This document shows, piece by piece, positions 35,304-43,528 of a stretch of 58,846 nt of DNA. Every line of letters begins with the position of its first letter. Within the stretch, counting starts at the first letter, position 1. Below the pieces are notes generated by a model. The model was not told the DNA's origin. It made no database searches and saw only the letters and a program-made list of their open reading frames with translations. The position numbers and the translations under genes are program-made. Origin of the DNA: a virus (taxonomy: Duplodnaviria; Caudoviricetes); the IMG/VR virus record IMGVR_UViG_3300047547_000066, positions 1 to 58,846 of that record; one strand, written 5' to 3'.

Positions 35304-36125
35304 TTACCTTAACTCTCTTACAGAAAACTTATTAGACAATAACTCTTTATTGTATGTAGCCTTCCATACATACACAGGATCATCATAATGTTGAACTAAT
35401 GTTGGTCTAGGATTCAACTCAAACTTATGATTTGGTCCCAATAATACTTCTTCTTCATGAGATGCACCAGAATGTCCTACCATGGATGCAGCATTGGGTA
35501 TTTCACCATGAAAATTTAACTCTAAAACATGTCTTGCATGCGGCAACACAATTCCATGATGATCCGATTCATGATGCACTGATTCTGAATCTATATGCGT
35601 GAAACTAGAAGCAACATCAAAGTTTGTGCTCGTAGATGTAAACGATGGTAGATGTAGATGCTTAATTGGTCTTGATGAATTCCATTCAAACCCCGCAGTA
35701 GTAACTGGAGATTGTCTAATACCAGTGAATAACCTAATATGGTCAATGTTAGTAGAAGGAATAAGCGCAGATTTTATATTGTTTATGTGAGATTTAATAT
35801 GCTCAGGTATAGCAGAACCATTAACATGGTTCTCCCACATATGATGATTTATGTCAACTGAACCAGAACCACAATAATGATCAATAGAGTGGCTGATTCT
35901 GTTGTGTTGTTTATGTATTTTTAACAGATTGTGTATCTTACCAGCATCTGTGTCTGATATATCATAATCAGATGAGTTACCAGAAAATACTTCGTTAATG
36001 CTACCTAGTCTATGAAGACCAGCAATCAACACAAGAGGTCGAATATCAAAGTCTCGTCGCCAACTATTAGAAGCAACTTTATCTATTGCTTCTAATAATG
36101 GTTTAGGGACATTGAAAACGTTCAT
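35304..36125 (-). CDS. Putative ADP-ribosyltransferase (Alt/Mod/VIP2-like)
   Basis: IRLFTG, PSFTSTS and HEEEVLL; S-T-S and ExE motifs of the R-S-E clade. Confidence 0.75.
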   Translation of the reverse strand: MNVFNVPKPLLEAIDKVASNSWRRDFDIRPLVLIAGLHRLGSINEVFSGNSSDYDISDTDAGKIHNLLKIHKQHNRISHSIDHYCGSGSVDINHHMWENHVNGSAIPEHIKSHINNIKSALIPSTNIDHIRLFTGIRQSPVTTAGFEWNSSRPIKHLHLPSFTSTSTNFDVASSFTHIDSESVHHESDHHGIVLPHARHVLELNFHGEIPNAASMVGHSGASHEEEVLLGPNHKFELNPRPTLVQHYDDPVYVWKATYNKELLSNKFSVRELR

Positions 36126-36538
36126 TGTTTCTTACCGAGTTTATACTTCTCAATGAGATCCCATTCGTGTTTCTCTTTGTATGGGACAACCTTGATAGAA
36201 CTCATTGATGCTTGATTTGCAATTGAAAGAGGAGACACAACTGTACAGAGTTTCCAGTCTTCAAGCAAAGAGATGATACGGTTACGTCTTGCAACATCTT
36301 CAAGGGTAATATCAGACTTCTTTCCATCCAATAGAAATGCTTCTTTGAAAGAAATAATGTAATATTTTCCTCGCTTATGCAAAATATGAGCACTTTGATA
36401 CAACATCTTTTGCTTTTTACTAGCAATTCCTATACGTGTCAAAGTTTCTTTTATTTTTAAAAAATCATCTGGTTGACTGAGAACAATTTCAACCATCTTC
36501 TCAGGAGTCCAGTCATATAGGATATCGCCATCAATCAT
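36122..36538 (-). CDS. regA: Translational repressor RegA
   Basis: PDDFLKIKETLTRIGIAS...LYQSAHILHKRGKYYI. Confidence 0.95.
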   Translation of the reverse strand: MIDGDILYDWTPEKMVEIVLSQPDDFLKIKETLTRIGIASKKQKMLYQSAHILHKRGKYYIISFKEAFLLDGKKSDITLEDVARRNRIISLLEDWKLCTVVSPLSIANQASMSSIKVVPYKEKHEWDLIEKYKLGKKQ

Positions 36539-36909
36539 CTTCTTCCACCTTTATTCAATATGGTTCGCAGTTCTAATAGTTGTTTATCATTGAATAGAGG
36601 TAGGACAGTAAGAGCTTTTGCATCGGAGTACCCATATGCTTCTTTGATCAATTCAATATCTTCTGGCATTGAATCTTTCTTAACCCACTTTCCCCACCTC
36701 TTTTTCTTTTCAACACTATTTAACCATAGATGGTATTGTTGTTGTTTTGGAATCTCGGGGTATTTGCTTAACTCATGCGCAATGAATACACAATCAACAT
36801 TGAATGATAATGCTTTGTTGATAACAAATGGCGTATAGTCTTTCTCATTTCCTTCAAAAATATCTTCTTTTGTTTCAGATATAGATTTAACAAAGTCAAA
36901 AGGTGTCAT
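36535..36909 (-). CDS. gp62: Clamp loader small subunit gp62
   Basis: MTPFDFVKSI...YTPFVINKALS...KKKRWGKW...YGYS. Confidence 0.9.
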   Translation of the reverse strand: MTPFDFVKSISETKEDIFEGNEKDYTPFVINKALSFNVDCVFIAHELSKYPEIPKQQQYHLWLNSVEKKKRWGKWVKKDSMPEDIELIKEAYGYSDAKALTVLPLFNDKQLLELRTILNKGGRR

Positions 36910-36910
36910 T

Positions 36911-37405
36911 TTAAAAGCACTCAAAACTGAATACACCATTGTGTACACATGGAAATAATTTAAGATCTAATGCAATTCGATATGTCCAGTCACATTCAAG
37001 CAATGAATCAAACAGTTTCAGCTCAGGTGGTAAACTAATCAATGATGCATCAAAACAGTTAATGATGTTTTTCATCATATTTGAATGTTGATCCATAGTC
37101 AATGGCAAGTCTTCTTCAACATCCAGAAACTTAGGCGTTGTTGCAACTATACTATAAACATCAGTTTTTGTTTCATCGAACGTTGCATCATCCATGATAT
37201 CAACATCAAATGCAAGATCTATGCGGATAAGATTTGGAAGGTAGCACAGATTAATATCATGATTTTCTATCCATCCTCTAGTAGCTAGAATGCTAGCATA
37301 GTTTATCGCTACTATATCTTTGTCATTCTCATAATCTATACATGCTGCACTCTTTTGAATGATAAGTGGAACAAACAAAGAATCAGTAAATGACTTTACT
37401 TCCAT
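36911..37405 (-). CDS. Hypothetical protein inserted between gp44 and gp62
   Basis: 164-aa ORF that fills the gap exactly. Confidence 0.6.
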   Translation of the reverse strand: MEVKSFTDSLFVPLIIQKSAACIDYENDKDIVAINYASILATRGWIENHDINLCYLPNLIRIDLAFDVDIMDDATFDETKTDVYSIVATTPKFLDVEEDLPLTMDQHSNMMKNIINCFDASLISLPPELKLFDSLLECDWTYRIALDLKLFPCVHNGVFSFECF

Positions 37406-38337
37406 TGAGCAACACTCATTAGTTCAACCATACATGCAATGTTATTGATTTCTTGATCAACGACACTTGATGCATAGTGTTGATATTGAGCAAGCACTAG
37501 TATAACATTCGGGATTGTTTTGCCCTCAAACAATGTTGTTGCATTGTCATAGAAATAACGAAACAGTTGCTCTGCATCAATATCTGAGTTTCTTGCAATC
37601 CATTTACGAACATCTGCAAATTTCTTATCCTTCATACCCTGAACTAAATCGTCATACGATGTTGCTTCGGTTACTAGGATCCCAGAATCAATCTTTCCGT
37701 ATGTAGAGTACCGTTGCAACTCATTAAGTGTTTTACGGAAATCAGGAAAGTGCTTTTGTACAAGCGCAACAATTGCTTTTGGATCAAACTCAATGTTTTC
37801 AGATTTCAGAATAGAAACGCACCGTTTCATCATCTGCGCCATGAGATCTTTCTTCTCGGCATCTGGAATCTTATAGTCAATGAATGTACACCGAGAATGA
37901 ATCGGGTCAATGATTCGATTCTTGAAGTTACAGGTCAAGATAAACCGAGTTGTCTTATGGAACTCCTCCATAATCCCACGAAGGGATGCTTGTGCATTAG
38001 GTGTCAAGTAATCTGACTCATCACCAATGATGATTTTGAGGTTGCCTTCAAATGATGCAGTAGATGCAAATTGTACAATCTTGTTTCGAATGGTATCAAC
38101 ACCGTTATCATTCGAAAAGTTCATGAATAACAAATCAGCACCAACTTCATTTGCAATAGCTCGGCCAAGCGTAGTTTTACCAGTACCAGCACCACCTGAA
38201 AGCAACAGATGTGGTACTTGACCAGATGCCACAAATTCCGTTACTTGTTTCTTGATTTCAGCTGGTAGAATACAGTCGCTGATTGTTTTAGGGCGAAAAC
38301 GCTCCACCCAAATGAATGCATCACTTTGTTTTTCCAT
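37396..38337 (-). CDS. gp44: Clamp loader large subunit gp44
   Basis: WVERFRP, GGAGTGKTT, DESD, SRC motifs. Confidence 0.95.
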   Translation of the reverse strand: MEKQSDAFIWVERFRPKTISDCILPAEIKKQVTEFVASGQVPHLLLSGGAGTGKTTLGRAIANEVGADLLFMNFSNDNGVDTIRNKIVQFASTASFEGNLKIIIGDESDYLTPNAQASLRGIMEEFHKTTRFILTCNFKNRIIDPIHSRCTFIDYKIPDAEKKDLMAQMMKRCVSILKSENIEFDPKAIVALVQKHFPDFRKTLNELQRYSTYGKIDSGILVTEATSYDDLVQGMKDKKFADVRKWIARNSDIDAEQLFRYFYDNATTLFEGKTIPNVILVLAQYQHYASSVVDQEINNIACMVELMSVAQWK

Positions 38338-38353
38338 AATTTAATCTCAATAT

Positions 38354-38383
38354 AGTACAACACACGTTGATTGTGTGTTGTAC
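38354..38383. other. Intergenic hairpin between gp45 and gp44
   Basis: AGTACAACACA...TGTGTTGTACT inverted repeat. Confidence 0.5.
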
Positions 38384-38397
38384 TTAGTTACAAACAA

Positions 38398-39060
38398 TCA
38401 ACCAGCAGTGCTATCAGTTTCACACGTTACTAGATAGTTTTTCTTGTCACCAACAAATTTTAGGATTTTGTTGAAGCTAACAAGAACTTTGTATGTTTCT
38501 GGTAGCATCTTGAGTGAATCTACTTTGACATGCATATCAAACTTTTCACTGGTCTCGGACTCAACATCAATCACAAACTGATTGCTATTAGGATTGGTTT
38601 TGTCATGAACCATAACAACAATTTTCTTGCCATCACCCTTGAATGTAACAACAGGTACTTTCAATACACTAGCAGCTTTAATGATTTGAGTTAGATGTTG
38701 AGAGCTCAACTCAAATTCAGCTTCAGGTGAATCAGAGAACTTTGGTTCCTTTTTAGGGAAGATGAGCACATCAGCATCTGCTGGCATATAACGAATTCGG
38801 TTCTTACCTTCACTGATTACCAATGACTTTTCACTGAACTCAAGATCAGGGTCGTTGAAAATGCTAATCACCCCCAATAGTTCATTTAGATCATAGATAC
38901 CAAATGTAGTATCAAATGATTCTTCTACTTCAACTGAAGCAAACGAAGTTTTGTTTGCTGCTACAGTCATTAGCTTATTACCAGGAGTAATATACAAATT
39001 GGTATTAATGCTCGCGAGATTGCGGAGAATATTCACAGTTGCTTTGCTTAGTTTCATCAC
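38398..39060 (-). CDS. gp45: Sliding clamp gp45
   Basis: MKLSKATVNILRNLASIN...FGIYDLNELL; position next to gp44. Confidence 0.92.
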   Translation of the reverse strand: MMKLSKATVNILRNLASINTNLYITPGNKLMTVAANKTSFASVEVEESFDTTFGIYDLNELLGVISIFNDPDLEFSEKSLVISEGKNRIRYMPADADVLIFPKKEPKFSDSPEAEFELSSQHLTQIIKAASVLKVPVVTFKGDGKKIVVMVHDKTNPNSNQFVIDVESETSEKFDMHVKVDSLKMLPETYKVLVSFNKILKFVGDKKNYLVTCETDSTAG

Positions 39061-39101
39061 AGACCTTTCATTGTTAATAGTGATTATGTATTATACCACA
39101 G

Positions 39102-39752
39102 TTATGCATTGGATGCATAAATTGTTTTCAACTCATTGTATACCGTATCAAAAGTTGTTGGTTGGTTAATTGACTCAATCAACAGCTCAAGAACTTTGTT
39201 ATCTTCAAGCAGCTCTCCAGTATTCCATGCCCACATTTTACGGTAGGTGCCTTCTTTGTATCCATTGTCTTGTCGAAACTTATTGAGTGCATTTTTTCCA
39301 ATATAGTATTTCAACAGAGATTCAATACTCACATCCAGTACCAACATTACTTGGAAGAAGGATGACTGAATTGGGCTGTGATCTAGACATGAAGCCACAA
39401 ATTCTTCAACTTGTGCTAGTTTCCGTTCTTTGGTTGGTGCATAAACATGCTTCGTTGCCCACTCGTATGAGTAGTACATGTCTTCAGGTGTTCGACTTCC
39501 AATAATAGATTCTGAAAGCATGAAATGGAAGATATCAACCACTTCAAGTAGTGCTTGATGTTTATCGTATGTAGCATCTACATTCTTCCACCACTTGTAA
39601 CCTAGATGGTCACATAACTCAGCAGCCTCTACCCACATTGCTCGACGCCAATTGTAATTGGCTTTTTTCCAGTCTGGGTTAACTACGGAATTGAATGTAC
39701 CTTGCATTCGCATACATTCATCAAACAATTTAACAAGTTCTTGTTTATTCAT
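39102..39752 (-). CDS. Dimeric all-alpha dUTPase/dCTPase
   Basis: WVEAAE...KWWK, LEVVDIFHF, KNALNKFRQDNGYKEG. Confidence 0.88.
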   Translation of the reverse strand: MNKQELVKLFDECMRMQGTFNSVVNPDWKKANYNWRRAMWVEAAELCDHLGYKWWKNVDATYDKHQALLEVVDIFHFMLSESIIGSRTPEDMYYSYEWATKHVYAPTKERKLAQVEEFVASCLDHSPIQSSFFQVMLVLDVSIESLLKYYIGKNALNKFRQDNGYKEGTYRKMWAWNTGELLEDNKVLELLIESINQPTTFDTVYNELKTIYASNA

Positions 39753-39759
39753 ACTTTAC

Positions 39760-40200
39760 TCACGCTCCTGCTTGAAATTTAATCCACTCAATTGTATTAC
39801 GAATTTGCCAGTTCCTCTCTCGAAGAGCTTTTAAAACTTCTTCACAATACTCAAAACAAAACTTATAGTAGCTCTGCTTATCAAGAATTGTTAGAAGGTA
39901 ATCGTCAGTTTGTAACAAACGCTCCAACTCTGTTTTGAGTGGAGTTTTGTATTGGTATTGGTCCCAACCATACTCTTCGAGTTCAGCTTTTGTAAGCTGA
40001 CCTAGATAATACTTAGACCTAAGACCCTTCATAGTCAGATAGTCTTTATCCAACTTGAATATTTTTAGTTTGTAATCTGTCAGAATGTCTAGATACTTCT
40101 GGTGAAGATTCGCTGTGCGAATACTAGACTCATCCAACTTGTTACTATCAATTACACAATCAGCTGCCCATGCAGCCTTTAAATCATCAAGTTTAACCAT
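39760..40200 (-). CDS. uvsY: Recombination mediator UvsY
   Basis: W..DC.ID...LHQKYL...YYLG...RNWQIRNTIEWIKFQAG. Confidence 0.92.
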   Translation of the reverse strand: MVKLDDLKAAWAADCVIDSNKLDESSIRTANLHQKYLDILTDYKLKIFKLDKDYLTMKGLRSKYYLGQLTKAELEEYGWDQYQYKTPLKTELERLLQTDDYLLTILDKQSYYKFCFEYCEEVLKALRERNWQIRNTIEWIKFQAGA

Positions 40201-40217
40201 TGAAATTACATAGTGTG

Positions 40218-40709
40218 TTATTCAACAACTAGCATTGGGCCACGTAGAAATGGTGCGCTAGACAATGGATGTATTCCAACATCTTTTACAGTCTTTCCAG
40301 CTTTTGTTGCAAGTCGAGATGCAATCTCTTTGTACTTCTCATACTGATGAGATCCTTCAATACTTTGAAGTGCAATTGGATTACCCTTTTCTAACTCAGT
40401 TGATGCATCGTGATGGATCAACTTCACTGCACTCATGAAACCAAGTTTACTTTCGTTTGTCGATTTGGTTCCAGGAAACACTGAATTGCTATGGATATGG
40501 TATTCAATATGACCATTGTTGTTTTTGAACTTCAAAATCCGAAGATCATTTTTGTCCATATGGTCATTGTACATACTCATTACAGTTGGATGTGATGTTT
40601 CAGGTAACATCAATTTCGCCAACATTTCAAGTGGATGATCTCGATGAACTTTACCAACATCCATATTCAATGATTCATTGATGGATGCAAATTCTTTATA
40701 CGTTAGCAT
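40218..40709 (-). CDS. Hypothetical protein with CTS-like N-terminus
   Basis: Start MLTYKEFASINE resembles the T4 internal-protein targeting sequence. Confidence 0.6.
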   Translation of the reverse strand: MLTYKEFASINESLNMDVGKVHRDHPLEMLAKLMLPETSHPTVMSMYNDHMDKNDLRILKFKNNNGHIEYHIHSNSVFPGTKSTNESKLGFMSAVKLIHHDASTELEKGNPIALQSIEGSHQYEKYKEIASRLATKAGKTVKDVGIHPLSSAPFLRGPMLVVE

Positions 40710-40915
40710 TAACCTTCCCATCCAGCATAATCATCCTCGTCGTCTTCTGTTTGGTGTTTCCACGATTGGTACTTTTCTCGTCGCTTATAATTCTGAACAC
40801 TTTGTTCAACAGAATCATAATCTTTCCTGTATTGATCGCTCTTGTTTTTGCGATGATAAGTCTGGCGAGACTCTTTTTGATTGAGTTCCATCGTGAAGGA
40901 TGAACGTTTGTCCAC
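40709..40915 (-). CDS. Small charged hypothetical protein
   Basis: 68-aa ORF with acidic tail, stop/start coupled to the next gene. Confidence 0.5.
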   Translation of the reverse strand: MDKRSSFTMELNQKESRQTYHRKNKSDQYRKDYDSVEQSVQNYKRREKYQSWKHQTEDDEDDYAGWEG

Positions 40916-40956
40916 AGTAAAATAACTCCAAAGTTGAAAAGTTTAGTATACAAGAT

Positions 40957-41406
40957 TTAGTTGAGTTTGTCAACCGTTTTAAGATGAGTTCTATGAACTT
41001 TTACTGATATCCAGCCATTGTACCATTTATCTGGATTTAGCAGGACATCATAATCAAATTGAAACTTTGCTTCAAAGTAACTCATCTCACCCTTACTATA
41101 ACACAATTTTAAAATTTGTCGAGTAAAATTATCTTTAGTGTATAAGCCAATGTCCTTTTGAACTTCATCTGAAGAACCATAATAGTCACGCCAGTCTGAT
41201 TCTTTTGTGACCTTTATCTTTTTCTTCTTTTTAACACCAGTTGTTTTTAATGTAACTGTTCTAATTTTAGATTGTGTTGAGTAAAAGGATTTCTTACCAA
41301 TATATTGCTTACCAGTTACAGTATTTGTTACAATATACACAAAACCAATTGCAGTTTCGTTTTCGGGTATTGAATCAAATGTAGTGTTATTGAATGTCCA
41401 TTTCAT
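40957..41406 (-). CDS. GIY-YIG endonuclease (EndoII/DenA-like)
   Basis: GFVYIVTN...YIGKK, ESDWRDYYGSS, SYFEAK, WYNGWI. Confidence 0.8.
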   Translation of the reverse strand: MKWTFNNTTFDSIPENETAIGFVYIVTNTVTGKQYIGKKSFYSTQSKIRTVTLKTTGVKKKKKIKVTKESDWRDYYGSSDEVQKDIGLYTKDNFTRQILKLCYSKGEMSYFEAKFQFDYDVLLNPDKWYNGWISVKVHRTHLKTVDKLN

Positions 41407-41413
41407 TCAATAT

Positions 41414-41941
41414 TTACGTTAATGAATTGGCCCAATTTTCCTTAACATGTTCATTGTGGGTAGTAGTGCACGTTAAAAACAAGCCACTGTTTTTCAATTG
41501 TTTTTCAATGTCTGCTTTTGCAATATGACATTGTGCAAGCGGACAGTTATAAATCAATGTCGCATGTGGTGAGTATTCATCATATGAGTGCTTGCACCCA
41601 ATGCGTATCAAGTGGTTGTGTATATCTGTTAGTATAGGTGACTCAACTTTGAGCACAATACACCCTAGTGCTTCATCTCGTACTTCATTTTCAGCTGGGT
41701 TATCAAAAACATCAACGCCTATAACTGGTATGACAACCCCATTCAATTTCCTCCGACTTAAGACATAATCAATGTAAGAGAAAGGAACATTGGTATCTTT
41801 TGAATACATCAATGTGATATGTGGCTTTGTATTGATATTGCCTGGCAGCGTACTGACAAAGTTAGTTGGTAAGCCAGTAACATCAACTGAAACATAGTTT
41901 CCTGGGTTTGATGCCTTTACCCATTCTGTATAGTTTTGCAT
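41414..41941 (-). CDS. acb1: 2H phosphodiesterase, Acb1/T4 57B-like anti-CBASS protein
   Basis: Two HxT motifs, PHITLMYSK and YSPHATLIY, in a T4-like context. Confidence 0.78.
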   Translation of the reverse strand: MQNYTEWVKASNPGNYVSVDVTGLPTNFVSTLPGNINTKPHITLMYSKDTNVPFSYIDYVLSRRKLNGVVIPVIGVDVFDNPAENEVRDEALGCIVLKVESPILTDIHNHLIRIGCKHSYDEYSPHATLIYNCPLAQCHIAKADIEKQLKNSGLFLTCTTTHNEHVKENWANSLT

Positions 41942-42159
41942 ATTTCTTTCAATCGTTTATCTACAACGTGACTTCTATATAGTTCATTTCCCATATAGTC
42001 AACTACAATAAGAGTAGGTACATAATTTATATGGTACTTTGCAGCAGTAAGAGGGGTTACATCAACATCTATAGAAATAATGTCAGCTGTAAATTTTAAT
42101 TCGTCTGTTACCTTTTGGCAATAGACGCATTCTTTACTGTAAAAGTTAAACAGCCTCAT
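41917..42159 (-). CDS. Thioredoxin-like protein
   Basis: CVYC and VPTL. Confidence 0.75.
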   Translation of the reverse strand: MRLFNFYSKECVYCQKVTDELKFTADIISIDVDVTPLTAAKYHINYVPTLIVVDYMGNELYRSHVVDKRLKEICKTIQNG

Positions 42160-42406
42160 TCTGTTTAATGTACTCGCGAAGTTCTACAAATCCACCAATA
42201 TGTGTATCGTTATAGAAAATTTGAGGTACTGTCTTTGCAGAAGGTACTTTGTCCTTTAGCTCTTGTACGGGAACATAGACTGAGTTAGGATCTTTTTCTT
42301 GACCAACATCAATGATACGTTCATTGTATGACAAGTTCTTGCTTGTTAGTAGTTGCTTTGCTTGTACACAAAATGTACAGTTTGGTTTGGAGTAAACAGT
42401 AAACAT
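42146..42406 (-). CDS. nrdC: Glutaredoxin
   Basis: CTFC, TVPQI, HIGGF. Confidence 0.9.
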   Translation of the reverse strand: MFTVYSKPNCTFCVQAKQLLTSKNLSYNERIIDVGQEKDPNSVYVPVQELKDKVPSAKTVPQIFYNDTHIGGFVELREYIKQNEAV

Positions 42407-42415
42407 TCTTAATCC

Positions 42416-43516
42416 TTAAAAATCAGCATCAAACTTTACACTATCATCATCCCTGACAATGATATTGACTTTGTATGCATTGTTATCTTGTTCTTGTGGT
42501 GCTGCTTGTGTCTTACCAATGTTTATCCAATCCTCAACATGAGGCATAGGATTGGTCTTTGGAAACTTGTGATCTGTTTCTACATTCAACAGATCATATA
42601 CGGGCTTAGCACAGTATAACACAAACTGTTTGGTATATTGTGGAGTAGCACCAGTTAACTCACGTCCTTCTGAAAACAAGTAATCAATCCACTTAAACTC
42701 TGTCTGAACAACCGAATCTAAAATTTCCTTGATCTGTGGAGTCAATCTATTGAATGCACTCTTACCACGTTCAGTTAACAGCTCAACACGAAGGACTTCT
42801 TTATCTAGTTCTGCATGAACTTCCAACTCATCCTGCGCAATCTTTTGTACTGCTTTACCAATGGGTTGGAATTGGTTAGTTGAACAGATTGTGAATGTAA
42901 TACTAAACGATGCCATGAATTGAATTCGTTCCAATGCAAGCAATGCAACAACCAATAAGAATACCTTATCATATGCTTCATCTGCTGTCATTTGACCAAC
43001 AGCATATTTGTGAGAAGCATCTACTGCATCACTGAAAACTTTGGATACTGCATCCAATCGTACCAAACTTTCCTTGACTGCTAGAATATCTTTCAAAACA
43101 TCTTCGGGGTTATCAAAAGACATTCTTACAATTTCAGAATACGTTGCTGCGTGAACAACTTCATTGTCTGATACACGTTGCCATGCTGCCCACAAAGAAC
43201 TATCACTGATGAATGGTGCCAGAATAGGAGCAATGGAACGAGATGCAATAGAGTCTGCTTCCCATTGCCATGCCAAAGTCCTAATCATCATATCATAGAC
43301 TGATTTTGGACAGTTTTTGAAGTCAATATTACATTGGGAGTAATCAAACTCATTTTCATCCCAGTCCAAAGATTTCATTGTTTTATACAATTCCCAAATC
43401 TTTGGATAGTGCTTGTTAACGGTATCGAATAGACCAGGCTCTTTACCAAAAAAGAGAGGGGGTTTTTCTTTGTACTCAATTGGAGTTTTAGAGGTGTTAA
43501 AAACAGTAGTTTGCAT
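42416..43516 (-). CDS. nrdB: Class Ia ribonucleotide reductase beta subunit
   Basis: EVVHAATY, LERIQFMASF, DELEVH, APQE. Confidence 0.93.
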   Translation of the reverse strand: MQTTVFNTSKTPIEYKEKPPLFFGKEPGLFDTVNKHYPKIWELYKTMKSLDWDENEFDYSQCNIDFKNCPKSVYDMMIRTLAWQWEADSIASRSIAPILAPFISDSSLWAAWQRVSDNEVVHAATYSEIVRMSFDNPEDVLKDILAVKESLVRLDAVSKVFSDAVDASHKYAVGQMTADEAYDKVFLLVVALLALERIQFMASFSITFTICSTNQFQPIGKAVQKIAQDELEVHAELDKEVLRVELLTERGKSAFNRLTPQIKEILDSVVQTEFKWIDYLFSEGRELTGATPQYTKQFVLYCAKPVYDLLNVETDHKFPKTNPMPHVEDWINIGKTQAAPQEQDNNAYKVNIIVRDDDSVKFDADF

Positions 43517-43528
43517 ATCGATAATTTG

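Noticed and set aside
40957-41406. Mobile homing endonuclease (Seg-like)
   Set aside because: Short single catalytic domain without DNA-binding extensions; fits a stand-alone EndoII-like nuclease better
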